Shown piece by piece: positions 39,801 through 48,257 of a stretch of DNA of 64,000 nucleotides; within the stretch, counting starts at the first letter, position 1; every line of letters begins with the position of its first letter. This DNA comes from an uncultured Bacteroidota bacterium. GTDB lineage: Bacteria; Bacteroidota; Ignavibacteria; UBA10030; UBA8401. A program made the position numbers and the translations under genes. The stretch is taken from NCBI GenBank assembly GCA_963827085.1, contig CAWGZY010000007.1, positions 33,615 to 97,614 of the forward strand, written 5' to 3'. The notes below the pieces were generated by a model that was given only the letters and a program-made list of their open reading frames with translations, ran no database searches and was not told where the DNA came from.

Positions 39801-40045
39801 ACAACTTTAGCGCCGGGGACAGAAACCATTGCCGTTGTTAGCGGATACGTAACTTGGTCTTCTACGATTCTCGGAGATTGCCCTTCATATTCGCTGTAGA
39901 TGATGACCTGCACGTCGCTTAAATCCGGGATTGCGTCGACGGGGATGTGCAGCATTGCGTACATTCCCCAGCAAGCAAGAAAAATAACGGCGAGGATGAC
40001 TATGAACTTGTTGCTGATTGATGCTTCAATAATCTTCTGTAACAT
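36893..40045 (-). CDS. cusA: Heavy-metal (Cu/Ag-type) RND efflux pump, CusA family
   Basis: 1050 aa. The N-terminus is nearly collinear with E. coli CusA as I recall it ([14 protein letters not shown]..., [44 protein letters not shown]). 12-TM RND architecture. Confidence 0.95.
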   Translation of the reverse strand: [1050 protein letters not shown]

Positions 40046-40085
40046 TTTTTAGTCCTTTGTTCAAATGTGTTCATACAAGCGCAGA

Positions 40086-40250
40086 CTATTGGGCGCCCGC
40101 CGGAATGTATTGTTGAGGAGAACGTTTGAACTTTTCCATGTCGGCGGAACCGCAGAAATAGTATTTGTTTCCGTTGTACGTATAAGATAATTCCTCGCTT
40201 CCGTCTGCCTCCATGCCGCATACAGGATCAATGAATCGCCGCAGCGGTTT
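40086..40250 (-). other. YHS-domain coding segment in frame immediately after the cusB TGA; no ATG/GTG/TTG start
   Basis: Hand translation of the minus strand gives TGA-KPLRRFIDPVCGMEADGSEELSYTYNGNKYYFCGSADMEKFKRSPQQYIPAGAQ-TAG, with the canonical DPVCGM...YYFC...F...P..Y YHS pattern. It is absent from the ORF track because it lacks a start codon. Confidence 0.7.
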
Positions 40251-41813
40251 TCATTCTTTGTCATCTTCTTGGGCAGACTCATGTGCCGCGTTTGCATTGG
40301 AACCCGTTTCTTGACCATCCATTTTAGTGTGATCAGCGTTCCGCGGTCCGCGCTTCCCGTGAATTTTTTCCTGTTGTGCTCTTTCATTTACTCCCGCTTT
40401 TGTTTGGCTTTGTTCCATTGGCTCCTTTTGCATTGCGGCGTTTAAGCTATCATTTCTTGCGTGGCCTAGCATTGAATGTAACGCTGCCTTGAGGTTGCTC
40501 TCGGAATCGATGAGAAACTGCGAGGAGGTGACGACTTGTTCGCCCTCCTTTAGACCTTGAAGAATTTCGACATAACCGTCCGCTTCAACCCCCAGTTTCA
40601 CGTCGCGCGGAGCGAAATAGCCGCCGGCGAGAGCAACAACAAGAATGTTCCGCTCTCCCGAACGAATGATTGCCCGGTCCGGAACCGTGATACCCTTGAC
40701 CTCTATTGGTGAAAAAATGCTGACCGTTGCATACATCTCCGGTTTGAATTCGGCAACGGCGAATTTAGGAACCGTGATCCGCACCGTTGCTGTTTTCGTT
40801 TCCATATTTAGATATGGATAAATATAATCTACAGTCCCCGTGAACGTTTTGCCTGGAATGTAGGAGATATCGATGTCGGCCTTTTGCCCTACCTTCACCC
40901 ATGGCAGTTCGTATTGATAGATATCGGCGAGAATCCAGAGGGAAGAAACGTCGGCAATTTTGTATAATGTCATTCCCGACATTACATTTTGTCCCTGGAG
41001 TACCATTTTATCAGCGACAACCCCGTCTACGGGCGAGACGATCGTCATGGTCTTTTTGGGTATTCCCCGTTCATCAAGCGCTTTGATTTCACTTTCCGGG
41101 ACGTCCCAGTAGAGAAGCCGCTGCCTCGAACTTTGGACAAGTTCTTCGGCTTCTTTCCGTGCTTCTTCGATGCTGCTGTTTTGCAATTGTTTTTGGTAAT
41201 GGATCGCCTGAAGATACTCCTGCTGTGTGGCCACAAGCTCCGGGCTGTAGAGATCCATCAACACCTGGCCTTTGCGGACAGTTTGTCCGTTGTAGTCAAC
41301 ATAAAGCCGTTCGACGTACCCCATTACTTTCGTCGACACTGAATAGACTTTTGTCTCATCATAGTCAACTTTGCCTGTTGTACGTATTGTCTTTGTGAGA
41401 GTTCTAGTTTTTGCCTCTTCAGTAGCCACGCCCATATTCTGCATCGTCACGGGGTCGATGTGAACAGCACCTGAATCAGATTCACCTTCATACACAGGCA
41501 CGAGGTCCATTCCGCAGTCGGGGGCCTTCCCCGGTTTGTCGGATGTATACCATGGGTGCATCGGATCTTTGTAATACGCGATCTTTTTTTGGACAGCGTG
41601 TGAGGATCCCTCTTCATAGACGGGAACGAAGTCCATTCCGTCGGAGGATTTTTTTTGAGTAGGAGAAGTGAGCTGAGGGTTCATTGGGTCCCGGTAGTAA
41701 AGAATCTTCCGCTCATTTGACGCTTTATCCTTGTCAGAAGAATGGAAGACGAACCATCCTGCGCCCAGACCCAATACAATGCTCACGAGTGTTGTCATAA
41801 TAGTATTCTTCAT
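40251..41813 (-). CDS. cusB: RND efflux periplasmic adaptor (CusB-like) with two degenerate N-terminal heavy-metal-binding motifs
   Basis: 520 aa. Membrane-fusion-protein core (barrel-sandwich/lipoyl-like pattern), two YY(R/K)DPM(N/H)P...GMD(F/L)VPVYE repeats, and a His/Met-containing low-complexity tail. Confidence 0.9.
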   Translation of the reverse strand: MKNTIMTTLVSIVLGLGAGWFVFHSSDKDKASNERKILYYRDPMNPQLTSPTQKKSSDGMDFVPVYEEGSSHAVQKKIAYYKDPMHPWYTSDKPGKAPDCGMDLVPVYEGESDSGAVHIDPVTMQNMGVATEEAKTRTLTKTIRTTGKVDYDETKVYSVSTKVMGYVERLYVDYNGQTVRKGQVLMDLYSPELVATQQEYLQAIHYQKQLQNSSIEEARKEAEELVQSSRQRLLYWDVPESEIKALDERGIPKKTMTIVSPVDGVVADKMVLQGQNVMSGMTLYKIADVSSLWILADIYQYELPWVKVGQKADIDISYIPGKTFTGTVDYIYPYLNMETKTATVRITVPKFAVAEFKPEMYATVSIFSPIEVKGITVPDRAIIRSGERNILVVALAGGYFAPRDVKLGVEADGYVEILQGLKEGEQVVTSSQFLIDSESNLKAALHSMLGHARNDSLNAAMQKEPMEQSQTKAGVNERAQQEKIHGKRGPRNADHTKMDGQETGSNANAAHESAQEDDKE

Positions 41814-41835
41814 TTCGAACTCCTTGTCGATAAGG

Positions 41836-43119
41836 TTACTGAACTTTTTCTGAAATGTGTGCGATATCCAGGCCCACTGCTTGCTCTAATTGTGCCTGAC
41901 TTGCCATGTAGTTCATCACCGCCATGTGGTAGTCTAATTTTGTCATGAGCTGCATCCTGTAGGCATCAATCACCATAAGGAATTCTGTTTTACCCGTCTC
42001 ATAGGCAGACAGTGTTGCCTGTAAGGTTTGTTCGGCCTGGGGAATAGTTGTATTCTTGTACAGGAGAACCAAGTTGTAATTGGATTGTACTTTTACCAGT
42101 GCATCCTGAACTTCAAACGACACCATGTTTTGCATACTTGCCAGATCATTTTCTGCCTTGCGAACATTGAGTTCATTTTCCTCAACTCTAGAGGTGTATT
42201 TTCCACTTGACCAAAAGGCCAAAGGAATATTAACTCCAACCATCGCAGCCCAGAAATCATTTTTTGTGTCGGACATGTTTTTATACGTAACACGTGCCAT
42301 GATATCCGGAAAATATTCCCGTTGCGACCCGGACAATTCGGCTTTGTTCATTCCGATGTTAAAATTCATACCCTTTAATTCCGGCCGGCTCTCCAAAGCG
42401 AGGGGACGAAGCTGCTCGAACGTCCATTGAGGAACTGTTATCTCGACGTCGGGCACAGATCCCAGGGGAGCATTCGCCTGCCTGCTCAGGATTGTGTTAA
42501 TCATCGATTCAACTACTTTTTTTTCTTCCGAGAGATTGACCCCTTCGTTCATGAGCGAGGAAAGCTCTGTTTGGGCCCGCAAAATATCCGCTTGCTGACC
42601 CATTCCGACTTCATATTGCTTGCGCGTGATCTCCGTAAATTTCTTCATCAATTCCTGATTTTCCGCATTCACTTCAATTTTCCGTTGGACGTGGAAGAGC
42701 TCGAAATACGCCGATTTCAAATCGCGGATGATTCGCCGTTCAAGGGCTTTATATTGCTGATCAATCATCCCCGCGCTATTTTCAGCTGCTTCCCCCATCG
42801 ACGAAAGTTTTCCCGGGAATGGAATCATTTGCTGAACGAAGTAGTCTGTCTCCATTCCATTTTTTATCGGATTGGGAAAAGATTGAATCGGTGTTTGATA
42901 AAATTCGACACCGATTTGCGGTGCATCCCACGACGTCGCCTGGCTGCCTTTTGTTCTTGCTGCCGACGTTTCATTCCGTGCAGAACGAAGCTGGGGATTA
43001 TTTTGCAGAGCCTCCGATACAAGGTCTTCAAGACTAAGGACGGGCGAATTTTGTGCATGCAGCGTCGCAGGACCTAATGCAGTTAACGCGATAACAAGTA
43101 TTCCGATAACTTTCAGCAT
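41836..43119 (-). CDS. TolC-family outer-membrane efflux protein (CusC-like)
   Basis: Start at MLKVIGILVIALTALGPATLHA/Q (AAAGGAG upstream). Two OEP repeats with typical coiled-coil heptads. Confidence 0.88.
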   Translation of the reverse strand: MLKVIGILVIALTALGPATLHAQNSPVLSLEDLVSEALQNNPQLRSARNETSAARTKGSQATSWDAPQIGVEFYQTPIQSFPNPIKNGMETDYFVQQMIPFPGKLSSMGEAAENSAGMIDQQYKALERRIIRDLKSAYFELFHVQRKIEVNAENQELMKKFTEITRKQYEVGMGQQADILRAQTELSSLMNEGVNLSEEKKVVESMINTILSRQANAPLGSVPDVEITVPQWTFEQLRPLALESRPELKGMNFNIGMNKAELSGSQREYFPDIMARVTYKNMSDTKNDFWAAMVGVNIPLAFWSSGKYTSRVEENELNVRKAENDLASMQNMVSFEVQDALVKVQSNYNLVLLYKNTTIPQAEQTLQATLSAYETGKTEFLMVIDAYRMQLMTKLDYHMAVMNYMASQAQLEQAVGLDIAHISEKVQ

Positions 43120-43281
43120 TTGCTGAACTCCTTTGTTTTTTTGATCGGTTGGAATCAAATTGTGTTCTCGCGCCGCCGTTTAATCCGACAGCACAATGAG
43201 TGAGCGGGTTGAGAACAATAGTGCGTGAGTGAAGAGGGAATACAGCACGCCCTTTTAACTTCGCACGAAAGGAGTTTCTAT

Positions 43282-43752
43282 TTAGATGAGAAAAGTGGAA
43301 TTAAGGACACACTTCTCCGCCGAAAGCGGTAAGAAGGCAAGATGTTGATTGGAGGAGGGGAAAAACTGTTTAGTAATTGTATTGAAGAATGCAGGTCGCT
43401 CAGACTGGGGAATCGATGTAATAATTTTTGAAGAATGAATTGTGTTCTCTTTTTCAAGAAGCGCAGGTACGTTCGCCAATCCTCCGACAACAGTGGAAGA
43501 AATGCAATTGGGTAGAACTCCGACGACAGCTGTTTCCCCCTGAGAGTGGGGTTTATTGATTGGCATGCTCTCATTCTCACCTGAACCAGCGCAACACTTC
43601 ATTGGATGGGCCGTTTCCATAGTGCATTGGCGAATGACTGTTGTAAACCCGGAATTCGCCAGTATGAAAAGGATGACGAGAAGCCGCGTGGCGTGAACAA
43701 TATGTTTGGCTAAGAGGATCATAGTTGCTTGACTTACTGACTCAACAATCAT
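43282..43752 (-). CDS. Hypothetical membrane-anchored protein with C...CC motifs, upstream of the efflux operon
   Basis: 156-aa ORF with an N-terminal TM segment (LLVILFILANSGF), then VIRQCTMETAHPMKCCAGSG. It recalls the small HYC_CC_PP-type proteins of Bacteroidota, from memory and unverified. Start uncertain. Confidence 0.45.
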   Translation of the reverse strand: MIVESVSQATMILLAKHIVHATRLLVILFILANSGFTTVIRQCTMETAHPMKCCAGSGENESMPINKPHSQGETAVVGVLPNCISSTVVGGLANVPALLEKENTIHSSKIITSIPQSERPAFFNTITKQFFPSSNQHLAFLPLSAEKCVLNSTFLI

Positions 43753-43881
43753 GCCATGAAGGGAGTTCCTGTTTTTCAGCAGAGATTGAAGATTTTTAAA
43801 ATCGAAAACGAGAACTTCTTTCGTAAAATTAGAAAGAATAATCGGTCGAAAGACTTCTTGTTGAGGAAAAACATGGCTCCT

Positions 43882-44601
43882 TTAGACCACGAGATCGAAG
43901 AATGAATTTATACCTAACGGTTCGATAGAATAAAACGGTTCACCGAACGCTGTGTTGATGAGACTGCCGTGATGCATGTCTCTGGCCTTGATTGATTCAA
44001 TGAACAGTTTTGAAGACAACAGTGTCTCCCGCTCCTTGCTGTGAGGGTTAAAGAACTGCGACTTAAACGCAGACAAAGCTTTCGTCTTCACCTCATAGAA
44101 GTCGGATACATCAACGATGAAAGAGGGGGTGAACTCGTACTTCTGCATGTAGTGGAAATATTTTTTTGGGCGGAATGGCGCTTGTTTTTTTCCGTTCACC
44201 CTTGTTGAAATTTTTTCGAGGCCTGCGAGAAACCATGCTTCCTTGCATAATCTGTGCGCGTGTTCATGGTCGGGATGCCGTTCGAGCCAATGCGGGAAGA
44301 GGATGACGGTCGGTTGGAATGTACGCAACACTTTCATCACGGCGGTTATATTTTTTTTATTGATTTCAATATTGCCGTCCGGAATCCGCAGGTTGCCGCG
44401 GAATTCAACTCCAAGAATTGTTGCTGCGCTCTCCGCTTCCTGCTTTCGAATTGTTTTTGACCCGCGCGTTCCGAGTTCACCCTGCGTCAAATCCACGATA
44501 GCAACCTTCTTGCCGTTCTTGACAAGTTTCGCCACAGTTGCAGCACATGATAATTCAATGTCATCGGGATGAGCGCCGATCGCCAACACATCTAATTTCA
44601 T
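43882..44601 (-). CDS. bshB1: PIG-L/LmbE-family N-acetylglucosaminyl deacetylase, BshB1-like (bacillithiol biosynthesis)
   Basis: 239 aa. AIGAHPDDIEL, DLT.GELGTRG and HPDH.H motifs characteristic of BshB1-type deacetylases. Confidence 0.78.
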   Translation of the reverse strand: MKLDVLAIGAHPDDIELSCAATVAKLVKNGKKVAIVDLTQGELGTRGSKTIRKQEAESAATILGVEFRGNLRIPDGNIEINKKNITAVMKVLRTFQPTVILFPHWLERHPDHEHAHRLCKEAWFLAGLEKISTRVNGKKQAPFRPKKYFHYMQKYEFTPSFIVDVSDFYEVKTKALSAFKSQFFNPHSKERETLLSSKLFIESIKARDMHHGSLINTAFGEPFYSIEPLGINSFFDLVV

Positions 44602-44819
44602 TGTTCCTCCTTTTGGTATGGAAATATACGCAAAGATGCAGAGTATCGCAAAAAGTGGGAGTGGTGCAGCCTAGGGAGCTGTCGGACACCTTGGGTGATA
44701 AATAGTAATATGTCGACAGGTTCTCATAAGGTAAATTAAAAATGGTGTCCGACAGCCTGTAAAAACCTCATCGTCACTCATTTTTGAAATTCAAACAATT
44801 AGAGTTATATTATTCAACC

Positions 44820-46025
44820 ATGCCTGAAGAGAAAAATATTGTATCGGTAACCGAAATTACCCGCCGAATCAAAGGAGTTCTTGAACGAGGGTTCAATGAA
44901 GTTTGGGTGCAAGGCGAGATTTCCAATTGCAAAGTCCACACTTCGGGCCATATGTATTTCACGTTGAAAGACGAGGGAGCTCAGTTATCGGCCGTGATGT
45001 GGCGCAGCCGTGTCGCGCAGATGCTCTTTCGCCCGAATGATGGAATGAAGGTCATCGTACGCGGGAACATTACGGTGTATGAGCCTCGGGGAAATTACCA
45101 GATCGATTGTCTTCAGCTTCAACCCGTTGGGATGGGAGAACTACAGCTTGCGTTTGACCGCCTTAAACAAAAATTGAGTGCAGAAGGACTTTTTGATGAA
45201 GCTCATAAGAAGCCCCTTCCGTCCTATCCGCAAAAAATCGGAATCGTAACGTCGCCCACCGGGGCAGCAATTCACGATATGCTGAATGTCTTAGCTCGTC
45301 GGTTTCCGGCTCTGGAGGTCATCGTAGCGCCAGTGAAGGTCCAGGGAATCGGAGCCGCCGATGAAATTTCGCAGGCTATTCGCGACATGAACACGTTGCC
45401 CGGAATCGATGTGATGATCGTCGGAAGAGGGGGGGGCTCGTTAGAAGATCTGTGGGCATTCAACGAGGAAGTTGTTGCCCGTGCGATCTACTCGTCCGGT
45501 ATTCCAATCATCAGTGCGGTAGGGCACGAGATTGATTTCAGCATCAGTGATTTTGTCGCGGATTTGCGGGCGCCAACCCCTTCTGCGGCCGCAGAACTTG
45601 TGGTGAAAGACAGAAATGAGATTATTGATATTCTACGCAATTTTTCCTATACTATTGAAAATCTTGCAGCAAGCAGAATTCAATCGTCAAAAAAGAGGGT
45701 GCATACTCTGGTTGGGAGTTATTCCTTCAATAAGCCGTTGGATCTCTTCCGTCAACGGGGTCAAATGGTCGATGATTTAGAGCGGCGGCTGCACCATATC
45801 ACGGGGCATCGTTTCGGCATGGTCCGGCAGCAAGTTCAGTCCCTCTCCAAGAGGATTCGATCTGTTGATCCCCAGCTGACGCTCAAACGAGGTTATACTA
45901 TTGTGTATCGCGGTCAAGAAATTATTCCTGCAGCTGCAAACGTTTCGGAAAAAGATCGCCTCACTATACGGTTTCATGATGGCAGCGCCGATTCGATTGT
46001 AGAGTTAGTTCAGAAAAAGAAATAA
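44820..46025 (+). CDS. xseA: Exodeoxyribonuclease VII large subunit
   Basis: N-terminal OB fold (VWVQGEISN...SGH.YFTLKD) and catalytic region IGIVTSPTGAA..D. Followed by xseB. Confidence 0.92.
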   Translation: MPEEKNIVSVTEITRRIKGVLERGFNEVWVQGEISNCKVHTSGHMYFTLKDEGAQLSAVMWRSRVAQMLFRPNDGMKVIVRGNITVYEPRGNYQIDCLQLQPVGMGELQLAFDRLKQKLSAEGLFDEAHKKPLPSYPQKIGIVTSPTGAAIHDMLNVLARRFPALEVIVAPVKVQGIGAADEISQAIRDMNTLPGIDVMIVGRGGGSLEDLWAFNEEVVARAIYSSGIPIISAVGHEIDFSISDFVADLRAPTPSAAAELVVKDRNEIIDILRNFSYTIENLAASRIQSSKKRVHTLVGSYSFNKPLDLFRQRGQMVDDLERRLHHITGHRFGMVRQQVQSLSKRIRSVDPQLTLKRGYTIVYRGQEIIPAAANVSEKDRLTIRFHDGSADSIVELVQKKK

Positions 46026-46034
46026 GCAACTACA

Positions 46035-46274
46035 ATGGCTCCTGCAAAAAAAGAAGCATCAAAACGAACATTCGAGCAATCTCTTGCGCGGCTGGAAAAA
46101 ATTGTGGATTCTTTAGAACAAGGAGAAACTCCTCTGGAGAGTGCAATTGAATTGTACGAAGAGGGAATTGCGCTGTCAAAAGAATGTATGGAGACACTTT
46201 CAAAAGCGGAACTGAGAGTCAAAAAGCTCAGTAAAGATATGAACAGCAAAATCGAGTTGATGGATTTTGAATGA
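46035..46274 (+). CDS. xseB: Exodeoxyribonuclease VII small subunit
   Basis: 79 aa. FEQSLARLEKIVDSLEQGETPLESAIELYEEG matches the XseB consensus. Confidence 0.9.
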   Translation: MAPAKKEASKRTFEQSLARLEKIVDSLEQGETPLESAIELYEEGIALSKECMETLSKAELRVKKLSKDMNSKIELMDFE

Positions 46275-48229
46275 ATGAGAAGATAATGCCAGACACACCG
46301 ACCAAGTTCTTTCATAAGATTGATACCCCCTACGATTTACGCCAATTGGAGGTTAAGGACCTTCGGATTCTTTCCAAAGAGATACGGGAATTCCTTGTCG
46401 ACTCAATTTCGAAAACCGGAGGGCATCTCGGCGCTGGATTGGGAGCGGTCGAACTTGCGGTTGCCCTTCACTACGTTTTCGATACCCCAAAGGATAAATT
46501 GGTGTGGGACGTCGGACATCAAGCCTACCCTCACAAGATTCTTACAGGCCGCAAGAGCCGCCTCCATACTATTCGGCAGCTGCACGGCATCAGCGGATTT
46601 CTCAAGCGCAGCGAAAGTGAATACGATACTTTTGGCGCCGGACATGCCAGTACGGCAATTTCTTCGGCACTCGGCATTGCCACAGCCCGCGATTTCAATC
46701 ACGAGAATTACAAAGTCGTTGCCATTGTTGGAGACGGATCGTTAACCGGAGGGATGGCGTACGAAGCGATGAATAATGCCGGTTTGCTCAAGAAGGATAT
46801 GATTGTTGTGCTTAACGACAATCAAATGGTTTCCCTCTCTTCCGTCGCTCCGAACCTCTGGTCATTCCACAATTACTTCGCAGAGGTTCTAACTCATCCA
46901 AGTTACAATAAATTTAAAGCGAATGTTTGGGATCTCACCGGCAAGCTGGATACGTTTGGAGACCGTCTTCGTTCCGTTGCACAGAATGTTGAGAAGGGGC
47001 TGAAGGCGGTCATTACGCCGGGAATGTTGTTTGAAGCATTGGGCTTTCGGTACTTCGGGCCGTTTAACGGGCACAATGTCGTAAAATTGGTGGAAATTCT
47101 GCGTCACGTAAAGAATCTGAAAGGCCCGATTCTTATCCATGTCATCACAGAAAAAGGGAAGGGATATGGACCGGCGGAGAAGGAAGCAACACGGCTTCAT
47201 GGTGTGACGCCATTTGATAAGGTCACCGGGATTTCTCCGAAAAATCCTAATACTCCCCCTGCATTTACTACGATTTTCGGGGATGCGCTTGTCGAAATCT
47301 GCAAGCAAAATTCAAAAGTCGTTGGCATTACTGCTGCCATGCCGGATGGAACAGGATTGACGGCACTGCAGAGGGCAATGCCCGAACGGTTCTTCGATGT
47401 GGGGATTGCCGAGCAGCATGCGGTAACGTTCGCTGCCGGTCTCGCTACCGAAGGGTATATTCCTGTGACGGCAATTTATTCGACTTTTTTACAGAGAGCG
47501 TTTGATCAAATTATTCACGATGTTGCTCTCCAGAATTTGCATGTAGTTTTTGTTCTTGATAGAGGAGGACTTGTCGGGGCAGACGGACCGACTCATCATG
47601 GAGCTTTTGACTTGTCTTATTTGCGGTGCATTCCCGGCATGGTGATCATGGCGCCGAAAGACGAAAGTGAATTGCGAGATATGTTATTTACTGCGGTTGA
47701 ATATCGCGGCGGACCGATCGCCATGCGATATCCTCGCGGGAACGCGTTTGGGGTTCCGCTGAAAAAAGGTTTTGAAAAAATAGAGATTGGCAAAGGAGAA
47801 GTGCTTCGGAGCGGGAACGACGTCGCAATTCTTACCATCGGAACGATGGTCTATAACTCGCTCGCAGCCGCAGACTTGTTGGCGAAAGAGGGAATTCTGG
47901 CAGAAGTTGTGAATATGCGTTTCGTTAAACCGATCGACCGGGGGCTTCTCGAACACCTCCTCGAAAAATTCGACCGAATTGTGACCGTGGAAGAGAACAC
48001 AGTTGATGGCGGATTTGGAGCGGCAATTTTAGAAACTCTTGCAACAATGAACCATCGCCATGTCAACGTTCATGTCCATGGCATTCCGGATAGTTTTATT
48101 GAACACGGCACGCCGAATGAACTCTACCAAATAGTGAAACTTGACCCCAGAGGAATTGCAAGTGTCGTTAAAGAGTTCTGTGAAGCTCATCCTTCGAACG
48201 ACGGAGCGGCTGAACGCCGGGCGTTGTAG
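46271..48229 (+). CDS. dxs: 1-deoxy-D-xylulose-5-phosphate synthase
   Basis: 652 aa. GGHLGAGLGAVEL, WDVGHQAYPHKILTGR, the ThDP motif GDG...NDN, and transketolase-like domains. Confidence 0.95.
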   Translation: MNEKIMPDTPTKFFHKIDTPYDLRQLEVKDLRILSKEIREFLVDSISKTGGHLGAGLGAVELAVALHYVFDTPKDKLVWDVGHQAYPHKILTGRKSRLHTIRQLHGISGFLKRSESEYDTFGAGHASTAISSALGIATARDFNHENYKVVAIVGDGSLTGGMAYEAMNNAGLLKKDMIVVLNDNQMVSLSSVAPNLWSFHNYFAEVLTHPSYNKFKANVWDLTGKLDTFGDRLRSVAQNVEKGLKAVITPGMLFEALGFRYFGPFNGHNVVKLVEILRHVKNLKGPILIHVITEKGKGYGPAEKEATRLHGVTPFDKVTGISPKNPNTPPAFTTIFGDALVEICKQNSKVVGITAAMPDGTGLTALQRAMPERFFDVGIAEQHAVTFAAGLATEGYIPVTAIYSTFLQRAFDQIIHDVALQNLHVVFVLDRGGLVGADGPTHHGAFDLSYLRCIPGMVIMAPKDESELRDMLFTAVEYRGGPIAMRYPRGNAFGVPLKKGFEKIEIGKGEVLRSGNDVAILTIGTMVYNSLAAADLLAKEGILAEVVNMRFVKPIDRGLLEHLLEKFDRIVTVEENTVDGGFGAAILETLATMNHRHVNVHVHGIPDSFIEHGTPNELYQIVKLDPRGIASVVKEFCEAHPSNDGAAERRAL

Positions 48230-48257
48230 TAATGTCTGTTAAATTGTATTGCCAACA

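Noticed and set aside
40251-40253. Selenocysteine recoding of the cusB TGA
   Set aside because: The TGA lies in a low-complexity linker rather than at a catalytic or metal-ligand position. I see no convincing SECIS-like stem-loop in the 40 nt downstream. Read-through or an indel is more plausible, but I could not test this computationally.
40000-40387. ORFs 40000-40221(-) and 40061-40387(-) in the cusB-cusA junction
   Set aside because: Both overlap the well-supported cusA or cusB reading frames and have arbitrary composition. The third frame encodes a clean YHS domain and explains the region better.
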